The notes under the pieces were generated by a model that saw only the letters and a program-made list of their open reading frames with translations, did not search any database and was not told the origin of the DNA. DNA of 64,000 nt, taken from the NCBI RefSeq assembly GCF_009914755.1, contig NC_060926.1, one strand, 5' to 3'. The position numbers and the translations under genes are program-made. The first letter of the stretch is position 1. Every line of letters starts with the position of its first letter. Origin of the DNA: the human T2T-CHM13v2.0 reference genome, Homo sapiens. This document shows positions 1-11,760 of the stretch, piece after piece.

Positions 1-689
1 TCTGGTTTTCCAGAGATGAGGAGGTGGGTTTCAGTCTCAGCCCTACCCCTGCGTGACCTTATCGGGGCCACTCTAGGGAGGGCTCAAGTCTTTTATTCTC
101 TATCTGCCCTGGGAAGGGCCCCATAGCACACAAGAGTAGCTAGGTAGAGATCACTCAAATTTGGAGATTTTTACTAACATAAGAAAGGGTAGAAAGGAAA
201 AATGAAGCCACAAAAAACCCTTAAGTGATAGAGCAGTTCAGTCTGTTTCTCCTTTTCTCTGATGTTATTACATCTGAAATTTATAATCACTTCTTATCCA
301 TACTTGTGAGCAATTAAGAGCATCTGCCAAGAAAAGAAAGGAAAAACTGAAAGTGAGTAATGGAATTGATGGCAAAGCAGGGAGTTGTTCGTGTTTCTTA
401 AGTTGTAGGTTTATTAGGAACACATTCTTAACGATTAAAAGCAGTGGTTATTTTCATCTTATGTTCAAGTTTTAACCTATTAAAAGTAAAACATAGGTAG
501 ACCTATTTTTTTCTATCCCAGATGAAAGGCCTCCTCATTACAGTTTTCAATGCCAATCTGTTTGAAAACTAGCACAAAATAAATGCATTCTGAAGAAAAC
601 TATTTCTAAAGTAATCCTATTACATTTCTACCTCTTTGGATGCTCTGGTAAGTAGAATATCCTTACAAAATGTAAATGTATTCCGTTTT

Positions 690-817
690 TTATTCTTTCA
701 ACAAAAGTCTGTTAGGCAGTCACTATCTGCCAGGTGTTGATCTGGACTCTCAGGATATAAAGAAAATTAAATCCATGACCCATGTCTCTGGGTGGCTCGT
801 TGTTTATTAGGGAAGAT
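690..817 (-). mobile_element. L2 LINE 3' end fragment
   Basis: Degenerate match to the reverse complement of the L2 3' terminus (ttcaacaaa...cactatctgccaggtgttg...ctcaggatataaag). Confidence 0.6.
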
Positions 818-822
818 CTAAT

Positions 823-1352
823 ATGTTAAGACGCTTTTGGTTGCAAGCTGCATCTGTAGCTGTCTTCAACAGTGAGGAAGGGCATTGAGATATATTACAG
901 GAAAGCCTGACATAAGGCTGTTCACGGGGAGCTAATCCAGTGGGCATAATGTCATCAAGAGGGTCCTTTCAGACATTCAACTCTGTACAACCCATGGTGT
1001 GCCCATTTCATCTTCTGGCTGCTTCTCCTAAGCTCATGGATGTCTGCGGGTAGCATCTATGTTTTCTTGCAGTGGAAGAGACAAATAGCTTCCTTTGGCT
1101 CTTAAGAATCATGAAATTCCTTGCCCAAACAGTAAACCATCTTGTATGGATTTCAATAGCTCAGATTGGTTCAGACCTACAATATCTCTGAACCATTCCC
1201 AAGTAAGGGGCTGGGATTGCCATCATTGGTTTAGCCTAATCAGGGTCCATCTCTGCAGCAGGGACCCACCAGATTTCCCTGAAGCATACTGGCCATTCAG
1301 AGAAGGGTTCTATTAGGCAAGAGGAGGGAAATGGTTCTGGGCTATAATGTTT
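823..1352 (-). mobile_element. Old MaLR LTR (MLT1J/K/L-like)
   Basis: Begins tgttaagacgcttttggttgcaag; contains gattggttcagacc...tgaacca...gggattgccatcattggtttag typical of MLT1K/L. Confidence 0.6.
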
Positions 1353-1449
1353 CCCTCTTTATCTTTTGTAATACTAAAAGCTATTTCAGTAAAGTAGGAC
1401 TTGAGCAGCTGATGATATGGTTTCTGAAGGATATATTTTCTGCTAGGCT

Positions 1450-1605
1450 AATGGTTCTTAAACTTGAGAACCTGGAGGGCTTTTTAACATACACTTTTGT
1501 TAATTCTCAGGCTGTACCCCAGAGTTTGCTGATTAAAGAGGTCTGAGGTAGAGCCTTGGAATTTGTTTCTAATGCTTGCAAAAATGCTGGTGAGAACCAC
1601 TGTCT
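1450..1605. mobile_element. MER5-like hAT-Charlie MITE
   Basis: Termini tggttcttaaac...gagaaccactg and internal ccccagag...tgatt...aggtctg motif. Confidence 0.65.
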
Positions 1606-2299
1606 AAGATGTTGCATCTAACAAAGAATTGGCAACCTTTGATTGGCTAAGATTACTATGAGAGTTGGACAAACCTTACTTTAGATTTTAGAAACATTTC
1701 TTTTCATGAGTCACAGTTTTTCATTTACTTTATCATTCAGATGCCTGGTTAGCCTTGAAGACATTCTTTCCTCTTTAAGATATGCCCTTGTCAAGTTACA
1801 CAAAAAAGTCCTCAAACATCTTTTGAAAGTTATTGCTACTGTTAGTCTAACAGTCTTCAAAATTATCTTTAATAGTGTACATGTGAAATGTAAACTTTAT
1901 TATAGCCAAGTTTTAAGAAAGTTGCAATTCACATTTCTGCAATTGTGAAATATCTGTTATTGTGTAAATGGAGCTCTTCTATTCAAGGGAAAATATAGTA
2001 CTGAAAACATTGGAAAACTAATGGGATATAAAAAGATCATGATGTATTGACTCTCCACATGTTGAAAACAGTCTGTTTTTTGACACCAAATACAGTAATT
2101 TAAACCATCTCTTTAGCCCAGTTTAAATAATGGACATTTGTTTAACTTAAGCAGTAAGATTGGAGATCTCTGTCACTGGAAACTTGCTACATTTTCCAAG
2201 ACAATTTGAGTTGGCAGTTGAACCACTATGGCCAGGTACTATTCTGAGAACTGTATCTATTTCATTTAATAAATATTTTAAAAAGAAAAAAATCAATAA

Positions 2300-2609
<310 letters not shown>

Positions 2610-2662
2610 AGTGAAAGCTATTTTAAAATGTTTTTATAATTTTGTGCTTCTCTTTTAGTGGC

Positions 2663-3017
2663 TGCTATGGTCTGAATATTTGTGTACCCCCAGATTCATA
2701 TGTTGAAATCTCCTCCCCCAATGTTACGATATTAGGAGAGCAGGCTTTGGGAAGGAAATTAAATCATGAAGGTGGAGCTCTTACGCATGGATTAGTCCCC
2801 TTGTAAAAGAAGCCCAAGGGAAATTTTTGCCCCTTCCTCCATGCGAGGACACAACAAGAAGATGAACCAGGAAACTGGACCTCACTAGAACCCAGCCATG
2901 CCTGACACTCTGGAATCTGGGACTTCCAGTGGGTGGAATGTGAGAAATAAATTTCTCTTGTTTATAAGCCACCCAGTCTGTGGTATTGTAGTTTAGTGGC
3001 CTGAACAGACTAAGACA
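2663..3017 (+). mobile_element. MLT1A-type MaLR solo LTR
   Basis: tgctatggtctgaat...aataaatttctcttgtttataagccacccagtctgtggtatt...gactaagaca; TG...CA ends. Confidence 0.85.
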
Positions 3018-3044
3018 AGGACCTAGAAAAGATTAAGATTCACA

Positions 3045-3425
3045 GCAAAGATCTTTTAAATATGTCTTTCCTTTGCTTAAGACCTTTCAGTAGCTTCTGC
3101 TCACTCACTGCATGAAGATCTAGTTTTCTAATGGCACCAAAACCCCACGTGACTGCCTTACTGGTGGAGCCTAGCCTGGGGCCCCTCTGCCCAGAAAGTT
3201 TTGCATCCAGCCGCTGACTTTCCTTCTGGGTCAGGGCAGAATCATGCTCCCTCCCACTGTGGGTTTCTGCACACGCCCTTCCCTCTGTTAGAAAAACTTC
3301 CTCACACCACACTTGCTTGATCATCCTATTCACATAGTCCACATCTTCACATCTGGACTCAAATCTCACTTTCTCAGGAAAAACTTGCTCTGTCACTAAG
3401 ATTTGTGGAATGAATACATGAACAC
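3045..3425 (+). mobile_element. L2 LINE 3' fragment
   Basis: ctcaaatctcactttctcagg...cttgc and terminal tttgtggaatgaata match the L2 3' region. Confidence 0.65.
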
Positions 3426-3718
3426 AAACATTTAAGAGCCTATTATAAGACAGGCATGTGCAATATGATACTTAATCCTTCTGTCCAGTAATCAGCCAGC
3501 TAAAGGCAGCTGCTGCTTCAAACGTGAGAACTATAATTTGCTCAATATTGTGCTGGAATGGTGCTGAATATGGGACCTCATATGCTTCTAGTAAGCAAAG
3601 AAGAATGTTTTCTATTTCTACAAAGAAAACAGGATTATCACACACTGTCTGCCTTGATTATATATGGTCTAGTATTATCTAGTAGAAGGTATGTTTTGTT
3701 TCTCCATACCTTGGTGAG

Positions 3719-3809
3719 GCATTAAATTGGCCTCACCGAGAAATAGTATTAATTTGAGTAGTGCAACAGAAGCTCCCTTGGAAAATCCAAGTAAGAGTTT
3801 CTCTGCCCA
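3719..3809 (+). repeat. Dispersed direct repeat, copy 1 (other copy 4962-5052)
   Basis: ~91 bp with about 9 differences from 4962-5052 by manual alignment. Confidence 0.92.
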
Positions 3810-4961
3810 TAAATGCTGATAGGAAAAGCAGTTAGTTCTTTTCTTTCTTTCCTGCTCAATGCTTGACCCTCTATTGAACTTAATAAAACATAATAATGCA
3901 TATGAAAATGTTTTAATGTAAAAAGCACAAAATAATTGTACGGTGCTATTTTTATAAATAAATGCTTGATGAAGGACTTAAAATGATGCTTAAGGAATAT
4001 CCAGAGATTTTTCTAAACTCTGTGTAGAGCAGGAAATTTGAATTTTTACAGAAAAGAATGACTATGATTCATTAAGAAAAACAACTAATTTAAGACCCAC
4101 AACTTAGATTACATTCAGTGAAAATGGCTCCAAATTTAATGTGAAATTAATTTTTTTAAAGAATAACTTCTATAACATTCAGGAGAAGCCTGAATTTAAG
4201 ACATCCCCCTTTCTCTCAGCTAGGCCATGACATTCAGTCTCTCCATTTTCATTGCATGGTATATATTTTACATCCATATCTTAATTGAACCTTTGTCAAG
4301 GACAGTCTTCTACCCAGAGGAGATGGCCATGCTCAACATCATGGCTTAGACTTGAAATCTGAAATTGCATGTATTCTTAGGATGCTAAACCATTTCGGGG
4401 TTTTATTTTAGCTCGTAGTCTTCTAAGGCATAACCACTAAGATGTGGTTTAAAGAAACATTGCACAAAGTTAAAAGAAAAACAAATTTAAAGATAAAATT
4501 TCAACAGAGTTCTTGGAATTTTGGAGATGTAGTAAACATTCAGAGCAAGGCTAAAAATTATACCATGTTTGTGAGATTTAGATGAATCTAAAACTGCAGG
4601 TTTTCTAGAAGTTTGCCTACAAACTCTAATGTGCTATATCTTTTCCTATAAACAAAGCAAGTAAAGCTTAAATTACAAATCCATGTAAAGTTTCTAGAAT
4701 TTTTCTTTTAAGACAGCTTTTTGTTATTTCTTTTTCAGCCTGCTGTACTGCCACTGCCCAATATATAATATTTCAGGAAACATTGCTTTATGAAGGGCTC
4801 CATAACAGTTAATGAAGGTAAGTCTGTATGGCATGTTATTGTAATGAATTTTCTGGTGAAAATTAATTAGATGTGTGAATGTGTGAATGCTAACATTTAT
4901 TTACATCCCAGTCTAAATGTTCAAAGAGGTGTCTGTTATGCACACAATTAGAAGCAATGAT

Positions 4962-5052
4962 GCATTAAATTGGCCTCACCAAGAAATAGTATTAATTTTA
5001 ATAGTGCAATGGATGCCCCTTGGAAAATCCAAGATAAGATTTTCTCTGCCCA
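4962..5052 (+). repeat. Dispersed direct repeat, copy 2
   Basis: gcattaaattggcctcaccaagaaatagtattaatt...cccttggaaaatccaag...tttctctgccca shared with 3719-3809. Confidence 0.92.
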
Positions 5053-5602
5053 GTTGCCTGCTTTTGAGACTCCTTGTCTGACTAAGTCACTTATTTACAT
5101 AAAAGTTGGTGGGAAATTGAGGATGGAAGGGGAAAGTGCATTTCCTATTTCACATCATAAGGCTGGCTAATGTCTCATTAACCTATGGACTTGCTCCCAA
5201 TTCCTTTTGATTTGCACTGTGCAAACAGTATCTAACAACTCCTTTTGCAAACAGTCAATGACCTTTTAAACCAGGGAGGGAATTCCTCACAGCTGGGAGC
5301 CCTCTGTTTCTGTGTTCTTTTTAGAAGTGTTACTTTCCTTAAACTATAAAGAAACAACAACAGTCCTTCCTCATTCCCCGGATTTCTCTTAGTTTCAGGT
5401 AAGTTCTTGGTAGACAGGAACCACACAACCCTAAGATGAGCAGTAGAGACTTCCTTGCTAGCTCAAGCACCATTCTAATATTCTGGGATTATTTTTAATT
5501 TACACTGGGAGTTCACTGGGCTGCCTTTTAGTCATATATTTAGGTTTGAATATTTTAGTATTCTAGTGCTTCCTTATGTCACACTATATATAAACTAGTA
5601 AG

Positions 5603-5825
5603 AATAATGACTACCATCTATTGAATCCTAACCATGTGTGAAGCACTGGGCTAGTATATTACATGGACTGTCTAATTTAATTGTCTCACAAATGCTATGC
5701 ATGCATAGGCTTTATTTACATCTCCATTTCATGGGAGTGAAAAGTGGTGCTCAAAGGCTAAATAACTTAACAGTTGGTAAGTGTTCGAACTAACTGGGAT
5801 TTGAACCAATGTTTGTTTGTCCAGT
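5603..5825 (-). mobile_element. MIR SINE
   Basis: accatctattgaatcctaaccatgtg...gcactgggcta...ctccatttc...gggatttgaacc. Confidence 0.75.
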
Positions 5826-5947
5826 ATGCCAATCAGCCAATGCTAAATGTTTAGGTGCAGTTTGCATTATAATCTTTAACCACATTGGCTGATTAAATAA
5901 TAGTTCTTTTGTGATTTTCTATAATGAATATCTTATTGAATCCTCTA

Positions 5948-6372
<425 letters not shown>

Positions 6373-7589
6373 TTATAAGTTTGCAAACTCCCTCTAAATT
6401 AAAAAAAACACTAAATTATACATTTTGTGTAAAGTAATTGCTCATGTAACGAGCCCCCCACGCCATGCTTAACCCAAATGTCCTATTCTCCAGAACTGAC
6501 AGCTTCACAGAAAGAAAGACAGCAGTTAATGAACTCAATAACAAGGCTGAGTTAGAGTATGTACTAGTCTAAGAGAAACTTCCGAGTCAAGTAACATATT
6601 TCAGTAAATAAAAAATGATTTCAGACAGCTCCAAATTCTAGATAAAACTGTTTTGCCTCAGAAAAACATTTCTGGAAGAAAAATGGCAAATTTCATCATC
6701 CCTAAAAGTGTGAACACAGTCAACACTTACAGCCTACACCTACCTGAACTTTAGTTCTTGTAAAGCCAGTGAGAATTTGACATCACCTCAGGGCAATGAG
6801 GATGAAACTCTATTATGAATGTGTAGGACTAACTGAGGACCTCATCACCACATTTCTGTCTAGTCTGTTATCCACAGGACTGAAGAATTTGATCAGTATT
6901 CTCCTCAATTTCCCGTATAGGAAAAAGACAGAGAAAGGATAAGAAACATGTGAATTTGTATTCTGAAAGCAGAATAGAAAGGAAAAGTACATCTTATTAA
7001 GACCTTGGCAAGTGGCAAGTACTATAACGTTGAGGTCAAATCTTCCTTGTTTACAAATGTAATTCTATGGCAAAGCTATTATAAACTGTCTTATGGTTTC
7101 AACCTCATGTAGGTTAATTTTACATCAACACACATAAAATTTAAAGCTAAAGGAAAATTGCCAAATAATTCCAGGATCTAACTTTATTTGTCCAGTAAAT
7201 ATTGTTAATCACCTACGGCTAAGCATTGCGGTGGGATTGGAGGTGGGGAAGTAAGTAAAATAAGTAAAACCTTCTCTCACTTTAATTGCATCTGTGAGAT
7301 TTTAAAATTGTAACATATTCTCTGTGCTAGTTTTTTAAACAATTCTGATTCTACAAAAAAAATTTCATTGGGATCATTCCAAAACATATTTGTCAAGGTG
7401 GTCTGTCACTGTGAGGGTTTATTCTAACTTTTCACTTCAATTTAAAAAAATGATAAACCTTATTAACCATAGAGTGACTGGATTATATCAAGATCTATAG
7501 TGTAGTTCAAATGTTGCCTCCTCACCAAAGCCTTTCTTGACTTCCTCAAGTGGATGTAATATACTCTTTTTTTCTGAACTTCCTTGTCA

Positions 7590-8243
7590 TTTTTTTAAAT
7601 TTTCAGATAATCATTGATTTAGAAACAGTTAAGATATAACTGTAAGATATAATACAGAGATTCTGTGTACCCTTTACTCAGTTTACCTCAATAGTGACAT
7701 CTTGCTTAGCTGTAGCATAACATTACAATCAAGAAGTTGACACTGAGACAATCCATCAACTTAAGATTTCACCAGTTTTGAAAGCATGCAATTATATATG
7801 TATGTGTGTAATTAGTTCTATGTAATTTTATTACATATGTAGATTCATGTGACTACCACAGTCAAGATACAGATAGTTTGTTCACAAGACTACATCATGC
7901 TATTGACAGCCACGTAGCTCCCTCCCTACCCCCATCCCCAGTCTCTAATCCCTGGCAGCCACTAACCTGCTTTCCATCTTCATAATTTTTATTGTTTCAA
8001 GAATGATATATAAACGTGTTATATAATATGTAACTTTTCCAGTTGGCTTTTTCACTCAGCATAATTCCCATGAGGTCTATCCAAGTTGTTGTGTGTGTCA
8101 CTAGTTCATTCTTTTTTATTACTGAGTAGTATTCCATGGTGTGGATGTACCACAGTTTGTTTAACTGTATACCCATTGAAGGGCATTTGGATTGTTCTCA
8201 GGTTTTGGCTATTACAAATAAAGCTCTATGAAGATTTGTGTGT
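7590..8243 (-). mobile_element. L1MC-type LINE 3' UTR fragment
   Basis: aatacagagattctgtgtaccctttactcagttt...ttttcactcagcataattc...gagtagtattccatggtgtggatgtaccacagtttg. Confidence 0.85.
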
Positions 8244-8687
8244 AAAAAAAAAATGTATGATATTCCCAAATCTACATCTTGGAAGAAACATGCTGATACA
8301 AATTTGTAGATATAAAGGAGTTATAAGCCACTGGTAAAATCAAATCCGTAAACTCCTAGGATGAGGGAGAACTCACAGATCATCCAGTTCATTCCTCACA
8401 CACAGACATAATATGTTAATATTGTATACATTATTGTCATGTGTCTGCTTGAAAATTGTCACTTTTCCTTTTGACTCCCAAACTTGAAATGATTCTGTTT
8501 CAAGTCTCTCATCTACCTCCAATGAATCTGAAAAAAAAAAAAAAAAAGGGATTGCAATATTCCCCACCTGCAAAATAACCTTTGAAAGCAGTATGAAGAA
8601 AAGCAATCAGAAATGAGTTGGGCAAATTGGAATTCTGTAATAATTGTGGGTAGTGGAGAGTTCAAGTTAGGATATCAGATTGATTCC

Positions 8688-8882
8688 TAGTTTCTTAACT
8701 CCCTTGACTGGTGGTTTCCAAGGTTAGCTGGAGGTCTGGTTAAAAAGTCATCTCTGGCCCCACCCTCAGAGTCTGTGATTGAGTAGGTCTGGGTGGAGCC
8801 TGAGAACTTACAATTCTATCAAATGTCTAGGTGATGCCAGTGATATTAGGGTGGGGAATGAGGCACTTTGAGAACTTCTGCC
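8688..8882. mobile_element. MER5A-like hAT MITE
   Basis: ggccccaccctcagagtctgtgattgagtaggtctgggtggagcctgaga...ctttgagaac. Confidence 0.75.
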
Positions 8883-8899
8883 ATAGATCACTAGATAAT

Positions 8900-9030
8900 T
8901 TATTTTAACTAGCTGAGCTTCAGCTTCCACATCTCCAAAAGGGAATGCCGTTACCTTTACAGTCTTACTATGAAGACAAATACCTTAGCACACAATTCCT
9001 CCTACATAGTAGATGCTGAAGAAAATGTTT
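8900..9030 (+). mobile_element. MIR fragment
   Basis: ctgagcttcagcttccacatct...ttagcacacaattcct...catagtagatgct. Confidence 0.55.
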
Positions 9031-9334
9031 ATTTCCACCCCGTATCAACTTACAATGCTGAAATATTTGGGAACTCCTAAATAATCCATATACAATAAAA
9101 ATATAAGTGGGGATAAGTTTGAATGTGTTATATGTTTGCTTGCTGTTTTTTGTTTGATCAGTGTGATTTGATTATTCCTAAAGTTTCCATTCTTCTAAAA
9201 AATAATCTTGATTGCTTTTTATTAATTTTTTCTATCCTTCACTATAAAAATCCAATATCAAACTCATGAAAAACAAGATCTCTATTTTAGGATCCTGAAT
9301 ATCCACTATCTACTAATAGGCTATAATTTTTTGA

Positions 9335-9425
9335 TTTAAAGGTATCTTAGAGATTATCTAGCCAAAACTGCCCATTTTATAGATGAGAAAACTTACCCAA
9401 GGTCATAACGCCATGTAGTAGTGAC
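9335..9425 (-). mobile_element. MIR core fragment
   Basis: cccattttatagatgagaaaacttacccaaggtca. Confidence 0.65.
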
Positions 9426-9483
9426 TAGACCTCAGGTCACTCAGGCCACTAGGCTTGACCTGAGTGACCTGAATCTGGTCACT
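9420..9483. repeat. Inverted repeat (hairpin), ~25 bp arms
   Basis: agtgactagacctcaggtcactcagg / cctgagtgacctgaatctggtcact with a 13 nt spacer. Confidence 0.9.
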
Positions 9484-9504
9484 TCCTGAAAAGGACTTCG
9501 CAAC

Positions 9505-10015
9505 ATTTTTGTTTATTATTGAACAATATTTCTATTAAATAATAAGTTGGCAGGAAGGGGAAGCAGGCAGGATCAGGGCCTGGCCTCAGTGTGCCTGAGT
9601 CCCAGTGATTATGTCTGGCTTCTGTAGGAGCCTGCCCCATGGGAGGTGGAGCCGGCAGCTTTAATCACTAGAGGTGTTGGGTTAGAGTTGGGTAGGGGGC
9701 CCAACCTGGTACTAGGGGATGACTGGGAGAGCATTAGAGGACCTGGATGTGGGACAACATTCACTTCCACCAGGGCAGGGGGCCTTGGTTGGCCTCCTGG
9801 GGCAGGTGCTTGGGTGAAGACTCCTCTTTGGACTCCTGCATCACCACATCTTCTGCAGGTGCCTGTTTGGCCTCTTGTCAACCATTCTGCCTTCCCTCCA
9901 GGCTTCAGGAAATGATGCTCTAGTATCCACTGTCTAGAGTGCACAGCCCCCAGCAGTGGGAGCAGATGGGGGAGGTGGCGGGCAGCAGGGCCATCTCCAC
10001 TGGCTCAAATCAGCA
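9505..10015 (-). pseudogene. Probable 5'-truncated processed-pseudogene (retrocopy) fragment, parent unidentified
   Basis: Abrupt GC-rich island in AT-rich DNA. Minus strand reads as a disrupted frame (FEPVEMALLPATSP...QEAKQAPAEDVVMQESKEESSPKHLPQEANQGP), a UTR-like tail, AATAAA and a short A-rich run. I do not recognise it as a repeat family. Confidence 0.45.
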
Positions 10016-10140
10016 ATCTCTTCTTAACTTCAGGAAAAAGAATACTGTTGCTTATCCTTGCCTTTATTACTTTAACTTTGGGGAAGAAAGTACAGTGTCT
10101 CTTTAATAAATAATACTGTGAATTTTTCTGCAAACACTTT

Positions 10141-10545
10141 TGCTGTAGAAAAAACTGTGTTCTTGTCACACAACCAGGAAAGATTAGGCTTGCACACACT
10201 TTGAAGGGTGAGGGGGAATGGAATTAATTGAGCGAAAAGGAAAAAAACTCAGCAAAGCAAGAGGGGTTCCAGTTAGCAGGCCCCCATCTCACAGATTGAA
10301 CCCCAGGTCACCACCCAAGAACAGGAGAGACCAGGCTCCTCCCCTCTGCAAATGGTGTGAACTTCCTGAGGCCCCACCCCGTCCTCCCAGTGTGCAGGTG
10401 GGCACTATTCAGAAAGAATCAGTCGGGAAAGGGCAGGCTTCATCTGGAAGGGGCAGTCCAGTTTTTCAGCCTTCAGGCTGTTTTAGGCTTGAAGTAGGGG
10501 GTTTTGCAAGGGAGGGGGACCCTTGGCTGCCTCCTGTCTCTATCT
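10141..10545 (-). mobile_element. ERV1 solo LTR, MER61-like
   Basis: Reverse complement starts gatagagacaggaggcagccaagggtcccc...ttcaagcctaaaacagcctgaaggctgaaaaac and ends gtgacaagaac...ttttttctacagca; flanks cttt/cttc. Confidence 0.8.
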
Positions 10546-11027
10546 CTTCTACTTTGATGGTATAAAGCTGTCTTTGAAGTAAAGATTCTTCTAAGGACTG
10601 GAGATTTCAGGGATTCCCAGCAGCACTCCTGTGATAAGTTTTCTCATAAAACACCCACCTTGTTATCTTGTCTCTTCTTGTACCTCTGGTGATTACCAGT
10701 TATTACGGCACAGAAAGAAAATGGGAGATAGGAATCTCAGATATCAGTAGGTGGGAAATATCCTTTAATGTTTTTACTCGCCCATTTTCTGGGTTGTTAT
10801 TTAAACTATTTTAATCTGTAATTAAAGCCATCCATGAATATAGCAAGGTTCAGTCTGGAAATGATCCCTACTACCATCGATGTCCCTAAGGTTCTTGGCA
10901 TCTGGGGGAGGATATAATAAAACAAATGGGAAGAAAAACAAAAGACTATTTAATAGTGATAGTCTATGCTGGTGATTTTGAACCACTGAGATTCCCAAAC
11001 TGAGTAAGAGAAAAAAACTAAAGGGAC

Positions 11028-11407
11028 TGTTACGCACTGAATATTTATGCCTCCTCTCTCCAAATTCATATGGTGAAATCCTAACTCCTAATGTGATGGT
11101 ACTTGGAGATGGGGCCTTTGGGAGATAATTAGGGTTAGATTAGGCAATGAGGCTGGGACCCTTGTGCTGTGATTAATGCCCTTATAAAGAGGAGGTGACA
11201 TGGAAATCCCTCTCTGCTCTCTAACATCTGAGAATACAGTGAGAAGATGGCCATCTGCAAACCAAAAAAAGGACCTTTGCCAGATGCCAGGTCTGTCAAT
11301 ACCTTGGCCTTGGACTTGCCATCTTCCCCAAACTGTGTCAAACAATCGTTGTTGTTTATATCATCCAGTATACATTTTTGTTATAGTAACTGACACTGAC
11401 TAAGACA
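11028..11407 (+). mobile_element. MLT1A-type MaLR solo LTR
   Basis: tgttac...ccaaattcatatggtgaaatcctaac...ggggcctttgggag...gagaagatggccatctgcaaacc...gactaagaca. Confidence 0.88.
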
Positions 11408-11499
11408 GCAACTGAAGTTAAGAAGCTTGGAGAAAATAAGTCTGAAAACTCACTTTTTTTCACACTAACTGCAGAGGAAACATAGGAAAAAAATTGTAT

Positions 11500-11760
11500 A
11501 TATTGCAAGATGAAAGGTATATTTAGCTATACAGAAGAGCCTTATAAAAGCAAAGAAATTGTTATAAAAGTCATGAGAAAGTTGCTCTTGACAGAGGAAA
11601 GAGCCTGTGGAAGTACACACACAGGAGAGACGGGGCCTCTTAGGTGTCACCACATTCCATTTCTTATCCTGGATGGGTTTGGGTGTTTGTCTTAGAACTA
11701 TTGGTAAATGATACAAGTGCTTTTATGTACTTTTCTGTATGTATATTTCCTAATATTTTT
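11500..11760 (+). mobile_element. Old L1 (L1ME-like) 3' end fragment
   Basis: cattccatttcttatcctggatgg...ttatgtacttttctgtatgtatatt. Confidence 0.5.

Noticed and set aside
9609-9944. 111 aa (-) and 89 aa (+) ORFs in the GC-rich insert as functional genes
   Set aside because: No recognisable domain or promoter; long ORFs are expected by chance in GC-rich sequence, and the most protein-like frame has several stops.
10141-10545. p53 response element in the MER61-like LTR
   Set aside because: Some MER61 subfamilies carry p53 sites, but I find no tandem RRRCWWGYYY pair in this copy.
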